This document shows positions 1-9,660 of a stretch of DNA of 64,000 nucleotides, in pieces; the stretch's first letter is position 1, and each line of letters opens with the position of its first letter. The position numbers were made by a program, and so were the translations under genes. Origin of the DNA: Chloroflexota bacterium (GTDB lineage Bacteria > Chloroflexota > Limnocylindria > QHBO01); the NCBI GenBank assembly GCA_025699005.1, contig JAILWI010000002.1, positions 217,778 to 281,777 on the forward strand, in the 5' to 3' direction. A model generated the notes under the pieces. That model made no database searches, was not told the origin of the DNA, and worked only from the letters and a program-made list of their open reading frames with translations.

Positions 1-324
1 GACGACCGATGACGCTCATGGCCGGGGTCCGACAGTGGATCCAGCGTCTCCGCCACCGGGGCGATCCCGCATCCGGAGACCGTCGCGTGCTCGACGCGGA
101 GCGGGACCAGACGCGGACCGACGCCATCGTCGCCGCCGGGCGCATCCGGTACGGCGGCCGCATCGGCGGGTCGTCCGTGGAGGACGAGCCCGGCCGGCGA
201 CGGGACCCTCGCCGCCACTGATCACACCCGGGCGCGTCGCCGGTCGTCTCCACGCGATCGCGCCGTCATCGCCGATCCTGCGCTGTCTACACTGGCCGTC
301 ACCCTGCTTGGAGATGGATCGCCG

Positions 325-2457
325 ATGGCAGCCCGCGCCCCGCGCCCCGAGGACCTCTACCAGCTCCGTGTGCCGACCCAGGTCGAGCTGTCACCGGACG
401 GGCGCTTCGTCGCGTTCACGGTCAAGTCGGTCGCGCCGGGCAAGGATGGCTATCGCAGCTCGCTGTGGATCGCGCCGGCCGACGGGTCGTTCGACGCGCG
501 CCAGCTCACCGTCGGCGCGCGCAACGACACCACGCCGCGATGGAGCCCGGACGGCCGCACCCTCGCCTTCCTCTCGGATCGCGGCGCAGTGCTCCAGGCC
601 GGCGGCGGGGGAGCGAAGCCCGGCAAGGCAGAGGCTCCGAAGGAGGGTGGCACGCAGGTGTGGCTCCTCCCCTTTGCCGATGGCGGCGAGGCTCGCCAGC
701 TGACCGATCTGCCGAAGGACGTCGGCGGGCTGTCGTGGTCACCGGACGGGAAGCGGCTCTGCGTCGTCAGTGACGCGGCCTCGACCGAGCCCCAGAAGCC
801 GAAGGATCGGGCGCCCGATGACCCTCCGGCGCCGGACACGCGGCTCATCGACACCCTGGCCTACCAGTTCAACGGCGCGGGCTTCGTCCACGACAGGTTT
901 CAGCGCCTCTGGCTGGTCGACGCCGCCAGCGGAGATGCCGAGCTCCTGACGCGTGGAGACCACCACGACCGCGATCCCCGATGGTCGCCCGACGGGCGGC
1001 GCATCGCCTTCGTGTCCGATCGCCATCGAAACGCCGATCTCGGCTGGCGGACCGACATCTACCTCGTCGACGTCGCTCGCGGGACCCTGAGCCAGCTGTC
1101 GCCCGGACGAGGACGCCAGTCGTGGGGTGCTCCGGCCTGGTCGCCCGACGGGCGCTGGGTGGCCGCGGTCGGCAACCGCGACTGGAAGGTCGGCGAGATT
1201 CAGCAGGCCTCGATCTGGCGCTTCCGAGTGCGCGACGGGCACGCGGAGGATCTCATCGGCAGCGCGGACCTCGAGGCCGCCGCCGCGATGAACAGCGACC
1301 TGCTCGGTGGCGGGGAGGCATCGCTGCACTGGATCGCGGACGGGCGCTGGATCGTCTTCGGGGCGCCGATCGAGGGACGGTTCGAGCTGTGGAGGGTCGA
1401 GCTGGAAGGCGGGCGCCTTGAACGGCTCACCGCCGACCGGCACCACCTGAGCCGCATCTCGACGGTCGGGACGGCGCGCGGGGGCACTCGCGTGGCGGCG
1501 GTCCGAGCGACGCCGACCGACCCGCCGAACGTCGTCGTGGGCGACATCCCCGCCGGCCGCCTGACCGGCAGTGACCGGGTCACGCTGCGGCGCGTCAGCA
1601 ATCTCATGGCCGATGCGTGGCGCGACATCCGGATCGTGAACCCGGTCGAGCGCTGGCACGAGGTCGACGGCCGTCGGATCCAGGGCTGGTTCATCGAGGC
1701 TCCGGCGAGCACGAAGCGCAGTCCGGCTCCGGTCGTGCTCGAGATTCACGGCGGGCCGGGCACGCTCTACGGCTCGTCCCTGATGTGGGAGTGGCAGCTT
1801 CTCGCGTCGTCGGGAATCAGCGTCTATGCCTGTAACCCCCGCGGCTCGCAGGGCTACGGGGCTGAGTTCCTCACCGCGAACATGCAAAACTGGGGCGACG
1901 GTCCGATGCGCGACGTCATCGGCGGGCTGGACGCGCTCATCGCGGACGGCCGTGTCGATCCCGACCGCATGGGCGTCACCGGTGGGTCGTACGGTGGCTA
2001 CCTCACGAGCTGGATCGTCGGGCACACCGATCGCTTCAAGGCCGCCGCCACCTGCCGCAGCGTCAACGACATGGTCAGCCAGATGCTGTCCGGCGACATC
2101 GGCGGCCCGACGTTCGGCCTCTACGAGTACGGCGTCCAGCCGTGGGACGACTGGGACCTCTACCGCCGCCACTCGCCGCTGACCTACGCCACCGAGATGA
2201 CCACGCCGCTCCTCATCCAGCATTCGGAGAAGGATCTGCGCTGCACGATCACCCAGGCGGAGGAGCTGTTCTCGGTCCTGCGCTCGCTGCGGCGCACCGT
2301 CCGGCTCATGCGGGTTCCCGAGGAGTCGCACGAGCTGACGCGATCCGGGACGCCGTTCCGCCGCGTGGACAACCTGCGCCTGATCCACGAGTGGTTCGTC
2401 CACTTCCTGGTCGAGGGCAAGACGCGGCTGCCGAAGGTGAACCCCGCGCGCGGCTGA
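325..2457 (+). CDS. S9 family peptidase (prolyl oligopeptidase / acylaminoacyl-peptidase-like). N-terminal beta-propeller (WSPDG repeats), C-terminal alpha/beta hydrolase
   Basis: 710 aa ORF. Repeated W-SPDG propeller motifs. GGSYGG nucleophile elbow near the C-terminus, typical of S9 peptidases. Confidence 0.85.
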   Translation: MAARAPRPEDLYQLRVPTQVELSPDGRFVAFTVKSVAPGKDGYRSSLWIAPADGSFDARQLTVGARNDTTPRWSPDGRTLAFLSDRGAVLQAGGGGAKPGKAEAPKEGGTQVWLLPFADGGEARQLTDLPKDVGGLSWSPDGKRLCVVSDAASTEPQKPKDRAPDDPPAPDTRLIDTLAYQFNGAGFVHDRFQRLWLVDAASGDAELLTRGDHHDRDPRWSPDGRRIAFVSDRHRNADLGWRTDIYLVDVARGTLSQLSPGRGRQSWGAPAWSPDGRWVAAVGNRDWKVGEIQQASIWRFRVRDGHAEDLIGSADLEAAAAMNSDLLGGGEASLHWIADGRWIVFGAPIEGRFELWRVELEGGRLERLTADRHHLSRISTVGTARGGTRVAAVRATPTDPPNVVVGDIPAGRLTGSDRVTLRRVSNLMADAWRDIRIVNPVERWHEVDGRRIQGWFIEAPASTKRSPAPVVLEIHGGPGTLYGSSLMWEWQLLASSGISVYACNPRGSQGYGAEFLTANMQNWGDGPMRDVIGGLDALIADGRVDPDRMGVTGGSYGGYLTSWIVGHTDRFKAAATCRSVNDMVSQMLSGDIGGPTFGLYEYGVQPWDDWDLYRRHSPLTYATEMTTPLLIQHSEKDLRCTITQAEELFSVLRSLRRTVRLMRVPEESHELTRSGTPFRRVDNLRLIHEWFVHFLVEGKTRLPKVNPARG

Positions 2458-2460
2458 CGC

Positions 2461-4041
2461 GTGCCGGGCCGGTACACTTCCCCGATGTCCACCGATTTCG
2501 AGACGACGCTCGCCGCCGGCTACGGTTTCGATGCGCCGGCGGTCACCTTCGGCGCCGGCATGCAGGGCGAGGAGGCCCTCGCCGCGGTCCAGGTCCGCGT
2601 CCCGCTGGCGATGATGAACCGCCACGGGCTCGTGGCCGGCGCCACAGGAACGGGCAAGACGAAGACCCTCCAGGTCCTGGCCGAGCAGCTCAGCGATGCC
2701 GGCGTGCCGGTGTTCATCAGCGACATCAAGGGCGACATCAGCGGCCTCGCCGCCCCCGCGGAGCTCAACGAGAAGCTGAGCGGGCGCGCGAGCGCCATCG
2801 GCTTCGCCGACTATGCCCCGAAGGCGTTCCCGGTCGAGTTCTTCACGCTCGACCGCAGCGGCAAGGGGGTGCGCCTGCGCGCATCGGTCTCGAGCTTCGG
2901 GCCGATCCTCATGGCCAAGGTGCTCGACCTCAACGAGACGCAGCAGTCGGTCCTGGCGCTGGCCTTCAAGTACGCCGATGACAAGCAGCTGCCCCTCCTG
3001 AACCTCGACGACCTGCGCGCCCTCCTCAACCATCTCAACTCGGACGAGGGGAAGTCCGAGATGGCCGAGTACGGAGGCGTGGCGACGGCGACGGTCGGCG
3101 TGATCATCCGCAAGATCGTCGAGCTCGAGCAGCAGGAGGCCGATGCGTTCTTCGGCTCCCCGGAGTTCGACGTGGACGACTTCCTGCGCCTCGCCGATGA
3201 CGGCCGGGGGATCATCAGCATCCTCGAGCTCGCCGACATGCAGGACCGGCCCGCCCTGTTCAGCACGTTCATGATGTGGCTGCTCGCGAACCTGTACGAG
3301 TCGCTGCCCGAGGTCGGGGACCCGGACAAGCCGAAGCTCGTCTTCTTCTTCGACGAGGCGCACCTCCTGTTCCGCGACGCGAACAAGACGTTCATGGGGC
3401 AGATCGAGCTCATCGCGCGCCTGATCCGCTCGAAGGGCGTCGGGGTCTTCTTCGTGACCCACTCGCCGACCGACGTCCCCTCGGCGGTCCTCGGGCAGCT
3501 CGGAAACCGGGTCCAGCACGCGCTCCGGGCGTTCACGCCCGATGATCTCGAGACGGTCCGTGCCACCGCCCGCACCTTCCCGACGACCGAGTTCTACGAC
3601 GTCGAGGCTGAGCTGACGAAGCTCGGCACCGGCGAGGCCCTCATCACGGCGCTCGACCTCAAGGGGCGACCGATGCCGACGGTGCGCACGATGCTCCGCC
3701 CGCCGATGTCGCTGATGGCGCAGGTCGATCCCGCCGTCCTCGACGCGGTTGCCGCGGCATCGAGCATCGCGCCGACCTACGCCACCGACACCGATCCCGA
3801 GTCGGCGAAGGAGATGCTCGCCGCGCGCATGAAGTCGGTCACCGACGAGGCCGCGGCGGACGAGAAGCCGGACGGCGCGAAACCGACGTCGCCCGCGGAT
3901 GGCAAGATGCGCCCGACCCGGGCACCGGAGCGCGGTCTCGACTGGGGCAACGTCGCGGAGGAGGGCGCCCGGTTCGCGCGCTCCGGAACGTTCAACACGA
4001 TCCTGCGATCGGTGCTCGGAATCCTGTCGAAGAGGCGCTGA
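2461..4041 (+). CDS. HerA-like / DUF853 (YjgR family) P-loop NTPase
   Basis: 526 aa. Walker A GATGTGKTKT, Walker B-like FFFDEAHLLF. Overall resemblance to YjgR/DUF853 ATPases. Starts 3 nt after the S9 peptidase stop. Confidence 0.7.
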   Translation: MPGRYTSPMSTDFETTLAAGYGFDAPAVTFGAGMQGEEALAAVQVRVPLAMMNRHGLVAGATGTGKTKTLQVLAEQLSDAGVPVFISDIKGDISGLAAPAELNEKLSGRASAIGFADYAPKAFPVEFFTLDRSGKGVRLRASVSSFGPILMAKVLDLNETQQSVLALAFKYADDKQLPLLNLDDLRALLNHLNSDEGKSEMAEYGGVATATVGVIIRKIVELEQQEADAFFGSPEFDVDDFLRLADDGRGIISILELADMQDRPALFSTFMMWLLANLYESLPEVGDPDKPKLVFFFDEAHLLFRDANKTFMGQIELIARLIRSKGVGVFFVTHSPTDVPSAVLGQLGNRVQHALRAFTPDDLETVRATARTFPTTEFYDVEAELTKLGTGEALITALDLKGRPMPTVRTMLRPPMSLMAQVDPAVLDAVAAASSIAPTYATDTDPESAKEMLAARMKSVTDEAAADEKPDGAKPTSPADGKMRPTRAPERGLDWGNVAEEGARFARSGTFNTILRSVLGILSKRR

Positions 4042-4086
4042 GCGCGGACGTGGTCACCGCCGTCTGATCGGCTGCGATGCCGGTGG

Positions 4087-4845
4087 TCAGGCTCCCGCCG
4101 GGCCGAGTGCCTCTCGCGCCACGTGCGGCACGTCGGTCACGAAGCCCCACAGCCCGCAGGCTGCCAGGTGCTGCATCTGGGCGGGATCATTGACGACGTA
4201 GCAGCCGATCTCGCGACCGAAGGCCGTGGCGCGGGCGATGAGCGGCAGGGGATCCATGCCCAGGTCGCCCTCCCACGGGAACACGCCGACGTGGCCGTGC
4301 TCCGTCGCCCACACCAGCGCCGGTTCGATCGGCTCGGTCGGTACGAGCAGATAGCCGGTCTTGATGTCGGGGTCGAGCTCGCGGACCCGGTCGATGGACG
4401 CCTCGTCGAAGCTGATGACCGCCAGGCGGCCCGAAGCGCGGACCGCATGGTCGGCGACCGCGGCGACGACCGCATCGGCGGCGGCCCGCGCCTTGATCTC
4501 GATCACGAGGCCGACGCCCTCGGGCAGCCAGGCCAGCACCTCGTCAAGGGTCGGGACCTTCAGCCCGCGGTCGGCGAACGGGCGGTTGCCGGCGGGGTCA
4601 ACGTACGACGCTCCGGCATCCGCCTCGCGGACCTCGTCCATGGTTCGGAGTGCGACCGGCCCGACCCGGTCGGTGGTGCGGTCGAGGGTCTCGTCGTGGA
4701 TCACCGCCAGCTGGCCATCGGCAGTGAGATGCACGTCGAGCTCGATGGCGTCCGCGCCATCCTCCACGGCCAGGCGGAACGCCTCCAGGGTGTTCTCCGG
4801 CGCTCGCGTCGACGCACCACGGTGCGCCACGATGGTCGTCATCAC
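4087..4845 (-). CDS. glycerophosphodiester phosphodiesterase (GDPD family)
   Basis: N-terminal VAHRGAS...PENTLEAF...DGADAIELDVHLTADG motif block of GDPD/UgpQ enzymes. Confidence 0.85.
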   Translation of the reverse strand: MMTTIVAHRGASTRAPENTLEAFRLAVEDGADAIELDVHLTADGQLAVIHDETLDRTTDRVGPVALRTMDEVREADAGASYVDPAGNRPFADRGLKVPTLDEVLAWLPEGVGLVIEIKARAAADAVVAAVADHAVRASGRLAVISFDEASIDRVRELDPDIKTGYLLVPTEPIEPALVWATEHGHVGVFPWEGDLGMDPLPLIARATAFGREIGCYVVNDPAQMQHLAACGLWGFVTDVPHVAREALGPAGA

Positions 4846-4901
4846 TCAGCTCCCGATGCGTGACTGGCAGCGATCACGGCGCCGATGATAGCCCCTGCCG
4901 A

Positions 4902-5519
4902 TCAGCTCCTCAGCGGGAGCCCCACGAGGCCGATGACGGCTCGGCGCACGAGGTCGGGGTCGAAGCGATCGCCGCTCTCCGCCTGGTGCGCGACGACGCC
5001 GTCGAGCAGCATCGCGACGGCCAGACTGTGCTCCTCGACGTCGAGATCGGGTTCGATCTCTCCCCGGGCGATCGCCTCGCGCACGAACATCGCCGCGAAC
5101 GCGCGGATCTGGTCGCATCGGCGCCGGAGCATGTCGCGGAGCGCCGGCCGGATGTCGGCCTCCGCCCAGCCTGCGGTGACGATCGGGCCCCAGCGCTCGG
5201 CCTCGAGGCTCTCCACGAAGAAGCCCACCGCGCTCTCGAGGCGCTCCCTCACGTCGCGGATGTCCGACATCTGGATCGCGAGCTCGTCGAGCTGAGACTG
5301 CGTCACCGCGTCGCACATCGCGAGGTACAGCTCTTCCTTGCTGGCGAAGTAGCGGTAGAGGAGGCCGACGCTCACGTCCGCCTCGGCGGCGATCGCCGGC
5401 ATCGTCGTCCCGCGGTACCCGCCCGCCAGCATCGCCCGATGCGCTCCATCCAGGATTCGCTGCCGCATCTCGGCAGCGTGCGCGGCGGTGGCACGTGGCA
5501 TCGGTGTCGCGGTCCTCAC
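4902..5519 (-). CDS. TetR/AcrR family transcriptional regulator
   Basis: N-terminal HTH with characteristic G(Y)xxTTMxxIAxxAxVSxGxLYxYF pattern. Divergent from the MMPL gene. Confidence 0.85.
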   Translation of the reverse strand: MRTATPMPRATAAHAAEMRQRILDGAHRAMLAGGYRGTTMPAIAAEADVSVGLLYRYFASKEELYLAMCDAVTQSQLDELAIQMSDIRDVRERLESAVGFFVESLEAERWGPIVTAGWAEADIRPALRDMLRRRCDQIRAFAAMFVREAIARGEIEPDLDVEEHSLAVAMLLDGVVAHQAESGDRFDPDLVRRAVIGLVGLPLRS

Positions 5520-5523
5520 TGCG

Positions 5524-5539
5524 GTGAATCGTCGTTCAC
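5524..5539. promoter_or_regulatory. inverted repeat GTGAA-N6-TTCAC in the TetR/MMPL divergent region (candidate TetR operator)
   Basis: Sequence gtgaatcgtcgttcac read directly. A second TGAA-N6-TTCA element (tgaacggtcattca) lies just upstream of the MMPL start. Confidence 0.4.
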
Positions 5540-5608
5540 TTTACGCTTGACGTCGGCCGGTCCGCAACACTACGCTGATCGGGATCACGCTGAACGGTCA
5601 TTCATTCC

Positions 5609-8083
5609 ATGCGCCGTCCCCTCATCGCCGGCGGCATCGTCGCCGCCCTCGCCGGACTGTGGCTCGCGCTGCGCGGCCGAAGCCCGGCGGTCGACGTTCC
5701 GGGCGAGTTTCCCGCCGTCGACCCGGCTCCCGGACCGGTGCTGCGCGGTCCCGACGATCGGATCGCGCACAACGGCATCTTCGCCGCGCTCGGACGCGGA
5801 ACGTATCGGGCCCGTCGCTGGCTGCCGATCGTCGGGCTGCTCGTGGTCGTGGCACTCAACGTGTGGAGCGCGACGGCATCCGGCCGGCTGAGCCAGGGCG
5901 GGTGGCAGGTCCCCGGATCGGAGGCCGCCGCGGCGGAGGCGCTCCTCGCCGATCGCTTCGGAGAGCAGGCCACGAGCATGATCGTGCTCTTCACCGACCC
6001 CGGTGGTGACGCGGCCTCACCCGCCTTCCAGGAGGTCGTGGCCGGCGCCGTGGCGCCGCTGGCCGGCGAGCCGATCGTCGATGACATCATCACGTACGCG
6101 GAGGTCGACGACGCGTCGTTCGTCAGCCGCGATGGCGACAAGACGTTCGCGCTCGTCCGGCTGAACGAGGAGCTCGACGACGCGGTCGACGACGCCGAGC
6201 ATCTCGCCTCGCTCGTCGACCGGCCCGAAGGGGTCGACGTCACGGTCACCGGCATCCCGATCGTGCAGCACGAGTTCAACGAGGCCGTGGAGCGGGACCT
6301 CGTGCAGGCCGAGCTCATCAGCCTCCCGATCGCCATGCTCATCCTGCTGGCCGTCTTCGGCACCGTCGTCGGCGCGGTCCTGCCCATCGTCATCGCGGCG
6401 CTGGCCCTGCCGAGCTCGATGGCCGTCATCGGCCTCCTGGCCGGCGTGACCGAGATGAGCATCTTCGTCACGAACGTGGCCACGATGATCGGCCTGGCGC
6501 TGTCGATCGACTACTCGCTGTTCACGGTGTCGCGCTTCCGCGAGGAGCTCCGTCACCGATCCGTCGCCGATGCGGTCGAGCACACGATGGCGACCGTGGG
6601 CAAGGCCGTCGCCATCAGTGGCATCGCCGTCGCGATCGGCCTGTCGAGCCTCACTGTCTTCGAGTCGCCCGCGCTACGGAGCATGGGCATCGGCGGCGTC
6701 GTGACCGTGCTCTCCACGCTCATCTTCGGGCTGACCGTGCTTCCCGCGCTGCTCGGCATGCTCGGCCCCCGCGTGAATCGCCTGCGCGTGCCCCTTCCCC
6801 GTGGGCTGCGCCTGGCGGAAGACGACCCGGCCGCGGCCGCTGCTCGCCAGGGCCATGGCGTCTGGGGACGGGTTGCTGGCGCCGTCATGCGACGTCCGAT
6901 CCTCATCGCCTCGCCGGTGCTCATCGTGCTCATCCTGGCCGGGCTGCCGTTCTTCGGGATCCAGCTGTCGACGGGCGGCAACCTCGACGACCTCCCGCCG
7001 TCTGACGGGGTCGCCGGCTTCCGGACGATCGGCGACGAGTTCCCGGGCGGCGGAACGGATCCGATCGAGGTCGCCGTGCGCGCCGAGGACCCGATTCTCG
7101 TCGACGGCGCGCTCGAGCCGGCCTGGATCGAGTCGATCGATGCGTACGTGGCGGATCTCGCGGCACTCGACCGCATCAGCGAGGTCCAGAGCGTGCTCGA
7201 CCCGCCGGCGGGCATGGATGCGGCGACCTACCGGCAGCTCATCGCGCTGCCGGCGGATCAGCGCCCCGAGCAGGCCGCCGGGATCGCCGCGTGGCTGGAG
7301 CAGTGGGTCGCGAACGACGTCGTGCGGTTCGAGGCGTTCAGCACCGCCCTCGCCGACTCCGCCGCGGGACGCGAGGTGGTGGATGCCGTCCGGGCCCTGC
7401 CGCCGCCGGACGGCGCGAGCGAGACGCTCACCGGCGGTCTCTCGTCGCGGTCGCGAGACTTCATGAGCAGCTTCACCGAGTCCGTGCCGGCCGCCGTCGC
7501 GGTCGTCGTCGGGGTGACCGGTGCCGTGCTGTTCCTGACCTTCGGGTCGGTCTTCCTGCCGCTCAAGGCCGTGCTCATGAGCCTGCTGAGCATCACGGCC
7601 AGCTTCGGGGCGCTGGTCTGGATCTTCCAGAACGGCAACCTGTCCGGCCTGCTCGGGTTCGATCCGTCCGGGACGATCATCGCGAGCACGCCCATCCTCA
7701 TGTTCGCGATCCTGTTCGGGCTGTCGATGGACTACGAGATCTTCCTGCTCTCCCGCATCCGGGAGCGGTACCTCGCCACCGGCGACAACACGCGAGCCGT
7801 GGAGGAGGGGATCGGCATCACCGGCGGCATCATCACCGGCGCCGCGCTCATCATGGTCGCGGTGTTCGGTGCCTTCGCCCTGAGCTCGGTCACCGTGATC
7901 AAGTCGCTCGGCTTCAGCATGGCCCTGGCCGTGCTCATCGACGCGACGGTCGTGCGCGGCGTGCTCGTGCCGGCGTTCATGCGCGTGATGGGATCGGTCA
8001 ACTGGTGGGCTCCCCGCTGGGTGCAGCGCGGCGTCGCGCGGCTCGGTCTCTACGAGGGAGCGCCACAGCCCGCCAGGGGCTGA
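5609..8083 (+). CDS. MMPL family (RND superfamily) membrane transporter
   Basis: 824 aa. Two transmembrane bundles separated by soluble loops. Typical MMPL/RND architecture and motifs. Confidence 0.85.
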   Translation: MRRPLIAGGIVAALAGLWLALRGRSPAVDVPGEFPAVDPAPGPVLRGPDDRIAHNGIFAALGRGTYRARRWLPIVGLLVVVALNVWSATASGRLSQGGWQVPGSEAAAAEALLADRFGEQATSMIVLFTDPGGDAASPAFQEVVAGAVAPLAGEPIVDDIITYAEVDDASFVSRDGDKTFALVRLNEELDDAVDDAEHLASLVDRPEGVDVTVTGIPIVQHEFNEAVERDLVQAELISLPIAMLILLAVFGTVVGAVLPIVIAALALPSSMAVIGLLAGVTEMSIFVTNVATMIGLALSIDYSLFTVSRFREELRHRSVADAVEHTMATVGKAVAISGIAVAIGLSSLTVFESPALRSMGIGGVVTVLSTLIFGLTVLPALLGMLGPRVNRLRVPLPRGLRLAEDDPAAAAARQGHGVWGRVAGAVMRRPILIASPVLIVLILAGLPFFGIQLSTGGNLDDLPPSDGVAGFRTIGDEFPGGGTDPIEVAVRAEDPILVDGALEPAWIESIDAYVADLAALDRISEVQSVLDPPAGMDAATYRQLIALPADQRPEQAAGIAAWLEQWVANDVVRFEAFSTALADSAAGREVVDAVRALPPPDGASETLTGGLSSRSRDFMSSFTESVPAAVAVVVGVTGAVLFLTFGSVFLPLKAVLMSLLSITASFGALVWIFQNGNLSGLLGFDPSGTIIASTPILMFAILFGLSMDYEIFLLSRIRERYLATGDNTRAVEEGIGITGGIITGAALIMVAVFGAFALSSVTVIKSLGFSMALAVLIDATVVRGVLVPAFMRVMGSVNWWAPRWVQRGVARLGLYEGAPQPARG

Positions 8084-8105
8084 CGCCGTCGCGTACGCTG
8101 CGCTC

Positions 8106-8702
8106 GTGAGCACTCCACCCGCCTGGGCGACCGAGCTCGTCGCGCGAGTCTGCGCCGATGCGGACGTCGCCGAGCCGCGGTTGGCCTGGCGGCGGCGCCT
8201 GGCCGAGCACTCGACCGGGGTGACCCGACGCCAAGAGGGAGCCATCGCCGTGCGGGCGGGCACCGACGAGACGGACCAGCGACTCACGCTGCTCCACGAG
8301 CTGGCCCACTGGCTGGCGCCGGCAGCGCGGCGCGGTCGCCGATCGGACCACCACGGACGGGCGTTCTACGCGACCGCCTTCGACCTCTATCGGCGCCACG
8401 GTCTCGCCGATGCCGACGCCCTGCGTCTCGAGGCGGCGCGCTACCGGAGCGCGCTGCGCCACGCAGTCGACCTCGGTGTCGAGGGCGCCGTCGCCGCACG
8501 CGACGCCCACCGCGCGGCGATCCGCGAGCGGCCACGCCGCCGATGGCGCGTGCTCGTCGCCGAGCACCGTATCCGGCTCGAACGCGATGGTCGCTGGACG
8601 GTCTGCTCGATCTGCGGACAGAAGGTCGTCGGCATCACGCTCGCGCGCGTGCGGCGCGCGAGGCGGCCGATGCGCCACGTGCTCATGACCTCGGCGTCCT
8701 GA
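8106..8702 (+). CDS. hypothetical protein with HExxH motif (putative SprT/WLM-like metallopeptidase fold) and C-terminal CxxC
   Basis: LLHELAHWL motif, CSICGQK near the C-terminus. No confident family assignment. Confidence 0.4.
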   Translation: MSTPPAWATELVARVCADADVAEPRLAWRRRLAEHSTGVTRRQEGAIAVRAGTDETDQRLTLLHELAHWLAPAARRGRRSDHHGRAFYATAFDLYRRHGLADADALRLEAARYRSALRHAVDLGVEGAVAARDAHRAAIRERPRRRWRVLVAEHRIRLERDGRWTVCSICGQKVVGITLARVRRARRPMRHVLMTSAS

Positions 8703-8704
8703 CC

Positions 8705-9610
8705 TCAGACCGGGGTGGCGAGGCCCAGCTTCTCCCGGGCCAGCGCGGCCGCCTCGGCGAGGCGCCGGACCGAGTCGGGGTTCGGCGGGAAGACATGGGC
8801 GATGAGGTGCTTCGCATCGACGCTCGCGTAGGCCGCCAGGGCGTCGGCGATCTCCTCGGTGGAGCCTCGGATCGCGCGCTCCGGGGTGTCCGCGCCGGCG
8901 CCCTCGAAGGCGACGAGGATGCCCACGGTGACGTCGAGCGTCGCCGGATCGCGCTCCGCACGCTCGAGCGCGCCGCGCAGGTTCCGCAGCCGCGTGTGGA
9001 GCTCATCGGCCTGGTCGGGATGCCCGAACCACGCCGCGTTCCACTGATCGGCGTGACGCACGACGAGATCGAGCATCCGCGGCTGCTTCCCGGCGATGAG
9101 GATCGGCGGCCCGCCGTCGCGGATCGGCGCGGGCAGCAGCTGGACATCGGTCGCGCGATGGTATCGGCCTTCGAAGGTCACCTGGCCCTCCCGGAGGAGC
9201 GGGAGCAGGATCTGGAGCGCCTCCTCGAACCGGGAGACGCGGTGGTCGAACGGGAAGTCGAAGGCGTCGAACTCCGGCTCGTGCCAGCCGCAGCCGACCC
9301 CCATGATCAGGCGTCCGCCACTCACCTCGTCGAGCTCGGCGGCCATCTTGGCCGTGAGCGCGGGGTTGCGGAACGGGAGCGCCAGCACGAGCGGGCCGAT
9401 CTCGACGCGCGACGTGATCGCGGCGAGGGCCGAGAGGACGGTCCAGCACTCGTGGATGCCCTCCGTCTCGCCGTCCATGCGGAAGATCAGGTGGTCGGCA
9501 CCCCAGATCGAGTCGAGCCCTTCCTCCTCCGCCGCGAGCGCTATGTCGCGAAGTCCCGCGTAGCCGTTGCTCTCGTCGTCCCCGAAGGGCAGCATCAGAC
9601 CGATCTTCAT
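8705..9610 (-). CDS. LLM class (luciferase-like) flavin/F420-dependent oxidoreductase
   Basis: MKIGLMLPF...DSIWGADHLIF N-terminus typical of the LLM family. Start refined to the ATG at 9610. Confidence 0.8.
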   Translation of the reverse strand: MKIGLMLPFGDDESNGYAGLRDIALAAEEEGLDSIWGADHLIFRMDGETEGIHECWTVLSALAAITSRVEIGPLVLALPFRNPALTAKMAAELDEVSGGRLIMGVGCGWHEPEFDAFDFPFDHRVSRFEEALQILLPLLREGQVTFEGRYHRATDVQLLPAPIRDGGPPILIAGKQPRMLDLVVRHADQWNAAWFGHPDQADELHTRLRNLRGALERAERDPATLDVTVGILVAFEGAGADTPERAIRGSTEEIADALAAYASVDAKHLIAHVFPPNPDSVRRLAEAAALAREKLGLATPV

Positions 9611-9660
9611 GCGGTCAATGCTAGCGGCGCGCGTGCCAGCGCCCCGGCTACCCTCCCGGA

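Noticed and set aside
9-324. Small ORFs at the window start (9-221 plus, 16-225 minus)
   Set aside because: Arg-rich low-complexity. Possibly the tail of an upstream gene cut by the window edge. Not supportable as a feature.
739-3519. Very long antisense ORFs (for example 926 aa on the minus strand across the S9 peptidase and DUF853 genes) and many other >100 aa ORFs antisense to, or out of frame with, confident genes
   Set aside because: Arg/Ala/Pro/Gly-rich low-complexity translations typical of non-coding frames in >70% GC DNA. The overlapping sense ORFs have clear domain signatures.
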